DNA of 39,004 bases from a virus (lineage: Duplodnaviria > Caudoviricetes): the IMG/VR virus record IMGVR_UViG_3300033067_001561, positions 1 to 39,004 of that record; one strand, 5' to 3'. The notes under the pieces were generated by a model. It did not search any database and was not told where the DNA came from. It was given only the letters and a program-made list of their open reading frames with translations. This document shows positions 36,216 to 39,004 of the stretch, piece after piece (position 1 is the stretch's first letter; the number at the start of each line of letters is the position of its first letter). Position numbers and translations under genes: made by a program.

Positions 36216-36491
36216 ATGACAAAGAAACAGGCAATTAGTATAATGGAAGAGATATTCGCAGAAGTTAAACGTCCTGGAATGTGGACGGAAGAAACGCTCA
36301 GTGAGCTTAGAGGAGCTTATGCGTTCTTTTTTATGTATGAAGGCTGGTGTATCTTACTAGATATACAGGAAGGTTTATTATTCATTGATGAGCTAGAAAT
36401 GGATAAGGCTGGCATCATATCATACATTACAGAATCATTCGATGAGCTAGAAGGCAAGATAATCAGAAGAGAGATACCAAATAATAAATAA
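36216..36491 (+). CDS. Small acidic hypothetical protein (possible MuF partner)
   Basis: 91-aa ORF directly after MuF. Confidence 0.6.
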   Translation: MTKKQAISIMEEIFAEVKRPGMWTEETLSELRGAYAFFFMYEGWCILLDIQEGLLFIDELEMDKAGIISYITESFDELEGKIIRREIPNNK

Positions 36492-36495
36492 TTTG

Positions 36496-36523
36496 TTGAC
36501 TTTGTATTAGCATTCATTATTAT
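36496..36523 (+). promoter_or_regulatory. Sigma70-type promoter opening a non-structural gene block
   Basis: TTGACT-16 nt-TATTAT. Confidence 0.55.
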
Positions 36524-36553
36524 CAAAGGGTATTTATTATTTATAAAAATTAT

Positions 36554-37015
36554 ATGGAAATTAAACAGGCAATACAAGCTTCAGCAAATGTAGTAAGAAT
36601 TACAGCAATATCTGCTGGAGATGTCTATAAGAGATTTGATAAAAACTATACAGATCGTATTTACTATGGAATCGTGCAGTCTGTACATAATGATGGTGAA
36701 TCTGCTATCATACAAGCTATAGAATATAGATATGAATATGGGTCTTTAGATATTAGTGTAAAAATTCTTAACAGTAGTGATGATTACTTAATATTCCCAG
36801 CTACCCCAGAAGATCTACAAATGGAATTAGACTCAGCAAGAAGCAAAAAGCTAAGAGATATACAGGATAGTGAAGATAGAATATATAAGGATAAGAAAAT
36901 TGTTGCAGAAATTGATAAGCTTATGAGTGGAGAAACGCAAAAGAATCTGAAGGCTATGAGCTATAAGGAGCTCACTACAGAAAGCTACAACCAAACAAAG
37001 GCTCTTATCTCTTAG
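36554..37015 (+). CDS. Hypothetical protein with C-terminal coiled coil
   Basis: 153-aa ORF. Confidence 0.75.
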   Translation: MEIKQAIQASANVVRITAISAGDVYKRFDKNYTDRIYYGIVQSVHNDGESAIIQAIEYRYEYGSLDISVKILNSSDDYLIFPATPEDLQMELDSARSKKLRDIQDSEDRIYKDKKIVAEIDKLMSGETQKNLKAMSYKELTTESYNQTKALIS

Positions 37016-37042
37016 TTTTATTTATATAAACAACAATAATTT

Positions 37043-37876
37043 ATGCAAACGATACCTTTCAAAGATTTTAAGCACGGCATGCGTGCTACGTGCGAAGTGA
37101 ATGGAAAGAAAGTAGAAGGCAAAATAGCCATTGATGATAGATTTGTTTATTTTTGTTCTAACTGCAAAGAACTAAATGGTGCCACGGGTATTTTTTCTTT
37201 AGGATATAAATATATTTGGAGCATCCAGAATGTTGGAAGGGATTTTGTAGAAAAATGGGATAATGGCACAGTAAAAAATCTCATTATCTATCCAGAAATT
37301 AAAGTAATACCATACAGCAAGTTCAAACACGGTCAGAGTGTGACGTGTGAGATAGAAGGAATGGAAATAAAAAATGGAAAGATTAGTATAAGCCACGATG
37401 GAGAAGTTTTCATTTGTCAAGATAAGTATAAAGGATTACACACAGATGAAAAATTTGGATACAAGTATAGCTATAGTTTTCTAGATTATAAAGATGAATA
37501 TAATGAAGAACTTAACAATATAACAAATATAAAATTCCTCCCACGCACCCTAGACGACCTTGAGGAGGGTGATGTGGTCGTGGATGAATGTGGTGACGAA
37601 CAAAAAGTGCTTGGAATATGTGGTAATGTATATTTTTTATCCGAAGAAAATGACTTCAATAAAGTTGATGAGTATTACTACACGACTCAAGAATTAGAAG
37701 ACAATGGCTACACCCTCAAACAAGATATTGAAGAGGAGGAGGAGAAGGTTGTAGGATTTACAGTTACAAAAGAAATGATGGGCAATACGTTATATATCAA
37801 TCCAGATATTACTCTAAGTCATCAAGATGTAGAAAAAATATTCTACAAAGGAAAAACTTATATTTTATCAAAATAA
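37043..37876 (+). CDS. Hypothetical protein with an internally duplicated domain of about 80 aa
   Basis: IP...FKHG...TCE..G....GKI.I....V..C.......GYKY occurs twice. Confidence 0.8.
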   Translation: MQTIPFKDFKHGMRATCEVNGKKVEGKIAIDDRFVYFCSNCKELNGATGIFSLGYKYIWSIQNVGRDFVEKWDNGTVKNLIIYPEIKVIPYSKFKHGQSVTCEIEGMEIKNGKISISHDGEVFICQDKYKGLHTDEKFGYKYSYSFLDYKDEYNEELNNITNIKFLPRTLDDLEEGDVVVDECGDEQKVLGICGNVYFLSEENDFNKVDEYYYTTQELEDNGYTLKQDIEEEEEKVVGFTVTKEMMGNTLYINPDITLSHQDVEKIFYKGKTYILSK

Positions 37877-37878
37877 TT

Positions 37879-38016
37879 ATGAATCTAAAAGAATATAAAG
37901 TGAAGTCTCTTAAAAAGGAGAGCTTTCGCAAAGAGTACGAAAAATTTGATTTATTATTTGAACTAAGTGAATTTTTTTTAAAAATGAAAAGTTTACTTAA
38001 ATCATATTTTAAATAA
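37879..38016 (+). CDS. 45-aa peptide resembling the N-terminus of HigA/XRE-type antitoxins
   Basis: MNLKEYKVKSLKKESFRKEYEKFDLLFELSE; no HTH follows. Confidence 0.45.
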   Translation: MNLKEYKVKSLKKESFRKEYEKFDLLFELSEFFLKMKSLLKSYFK

Positions 38017-38044
38017 CGCACGATATTTTTTAACTGAGTAAGGT

Positions 38045-38401
38045 ATGGGATACATGAGGCATCATGCAATAATTATTACAGGTTCTGATTATCCAGAGTC
38101 AAAAAAGCTTATTAAGAAAGTTCATCGTATGTCAAAAGATCGAGCAATTGATTATATTGGTACTTCAAAAATAGTCAGTCCTTTGATATATAGCCCTATC
38201 AATGGATATATAAGTTTTTTTATTGCTCCAGATGGAAGTAAGGAGGGGTGGCAGAGTTCAGAACTTGGTAACAGTATGCGTGATGGTATTATAGATTTTA
38301 TTGACTCCTTTGCGTATGGGGATGGGAGCTCATGTATAAGCTATACGGAAGTATTTTATGGAGACGAAGGGAGGAAGTCAAAAGTTGAAAGACATAACTA
38401 A
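38045..38401 (+). CDS. Hypothetical phage protein
   Basis: 118-aa ORF with HHAIII and PDGSKEGW motifs. Confidence 0.75.
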   Translation: MGYMRHHAIIITGSDYPESKKLIKKVHRMSKDRAIDYIGTSKIVSPLIYSPINGYISFFIAPDGSKEGWQSSELGNSMRDGIIDFIDSFAYGDGSSCISYTEVFYGDEGRKSKVERHN

Positions 38402-38415
38402 TTTTTAAATATAAT

Positions 38416-38826
38416 ATGAAACAACTCACAAGACAAGAAGTAGAAGATGTGGTGGAGAGGTTAATTCCAAAAAATCAACTGTGTGATCTTGGTACAGAAA
38501 GATGCGACCTTTGTAGATTACAGCCTATCTATATCACAACCGTACTTGAGAAGATGGATAAAATAAAAACTAACCTTCTTTTAGGGAACGATAGAAGGGT
38601 GGGGATTATGATTAACTTATGGTCACGATGTGGAAAGCTTACAGAGTCTCTACAGGAGATTATAAATGATAGTAAATGGGAAAAGATTAGAAAATATACA
38701 GACCTATATGCCAACATAATCCCTTCAGAAAAAAAAATACCTACTGAACCTTCAATAACCAAAATAGAAGTCCTCACCTCCCCCGAAGCGAACGCACTTT
38801 TTACTTTTTTACAGGAGATTTTATGA
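38416..38826 (+). CDS. Hypothetical protein
   Basis: 136-aa ORF. Confidence 0.7.
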   Translation: MKQLTRQEVEDVVERLIPKNQLCDLGTERCDLCRLQPIYITTVLEKMDKIKTNLLLGNDRRVGIMINLWSRCGKLTESLQEIINDSKWEKIRKYTDLYANIIPSEKKIPTEPSITKIEVLTSPEANALFTFLQEIL

Positions 38827-38981
38827 CTCGTGAAATAAAAAAATGTGACCATCACTATCTAGCTATAATACAAGACATACAAAAAAGTCCTGATCACAGT
38901 AAATATACTGTTATAATAATTTATTGTGATCATTGCGGCGAAATTAAACACGAAAAAAACTTATTTGATTTAATACCTTAA
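38823..38981 (+). CDS. Small zinc-finger protein (52 aa)
   Basis: ATGA overlap; CDH...CDHCG. Confidence 0.6.
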   Translation: MTREIKKCDHHYLAIIQDIQKSPDHSKYTVIIIYCDHCGEIKHEKNLFDLIP

Positions 38982-39004
38982 TATGCACACAACTAAATTC
39001 CGAG

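Larger units (their letters stand above)
1..39004. mobile_element. Tailed dsDNA bacteriophage (Caudoviricetes) genome segment
   Basis: Terminase, portal, MuF head protein, tail-fibre-like proteins, endolysin/holin, primase-helicase and RuvC in dense co-oriented arrays; no host housekeeping genes. Confidence 0.97.

Noticed and set aside
1-39004. Alternative genetic code (TGA=Gly or TAG recoding)
   Set aside because: Long genes are intact under code 11; three of the four TGA stops among the genes I accepted are ATGA overlaps with the next start, consistent with real stops
1-39004. CRISPR array, tRNA genes, integrase/att sites, reverse transcriptase/DGR
   Set aside because: No regularly spaced repeats, cloverleaf with T-loop/CCA, recombinase or RT motifs were seen by eye

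Overview
The whole window is part of a tailed dsDNA bacteriophage genome. It is AT-rich, uses the standard code, has almost all genes on the + strand, carries sigma70-type promoters, and mostly lacks Shine-Dalgarno motifs. Gene order: tail/fibre genes (1-3008); an accessory cassette (HNH, NadR-type P-loop NTPase, a 58-aa stand-alone NrdD glycyl-radical peptide); a lysis region (CHAP, M15 endolysin, holin); SNF2/HARP helicase; a candidate structured ncRNA transcribed divergently from an RNA-repair pair (RNA ligase + Pnk); a membrane-anchored M23+3D hydrolase; replication/recombination genes (PD-(D/E)XK nuclease, initiator-like proteins, intein-containing primase-helicase, SSB-like protein, RuvC); apparently catalytically dead QueE-like (and possibly QueD-like) proteins; terS; terL carrying five inteins (about 65% of the precursor); portal; a MuF protein with a C-terminal ParB-like domain; then small non-structural genes where protease and capsid genes would normally follow. 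No capsid, integrase, tRNA or CRISPR array is visible. All family calls come from motif recognition by eye, not from database searches.
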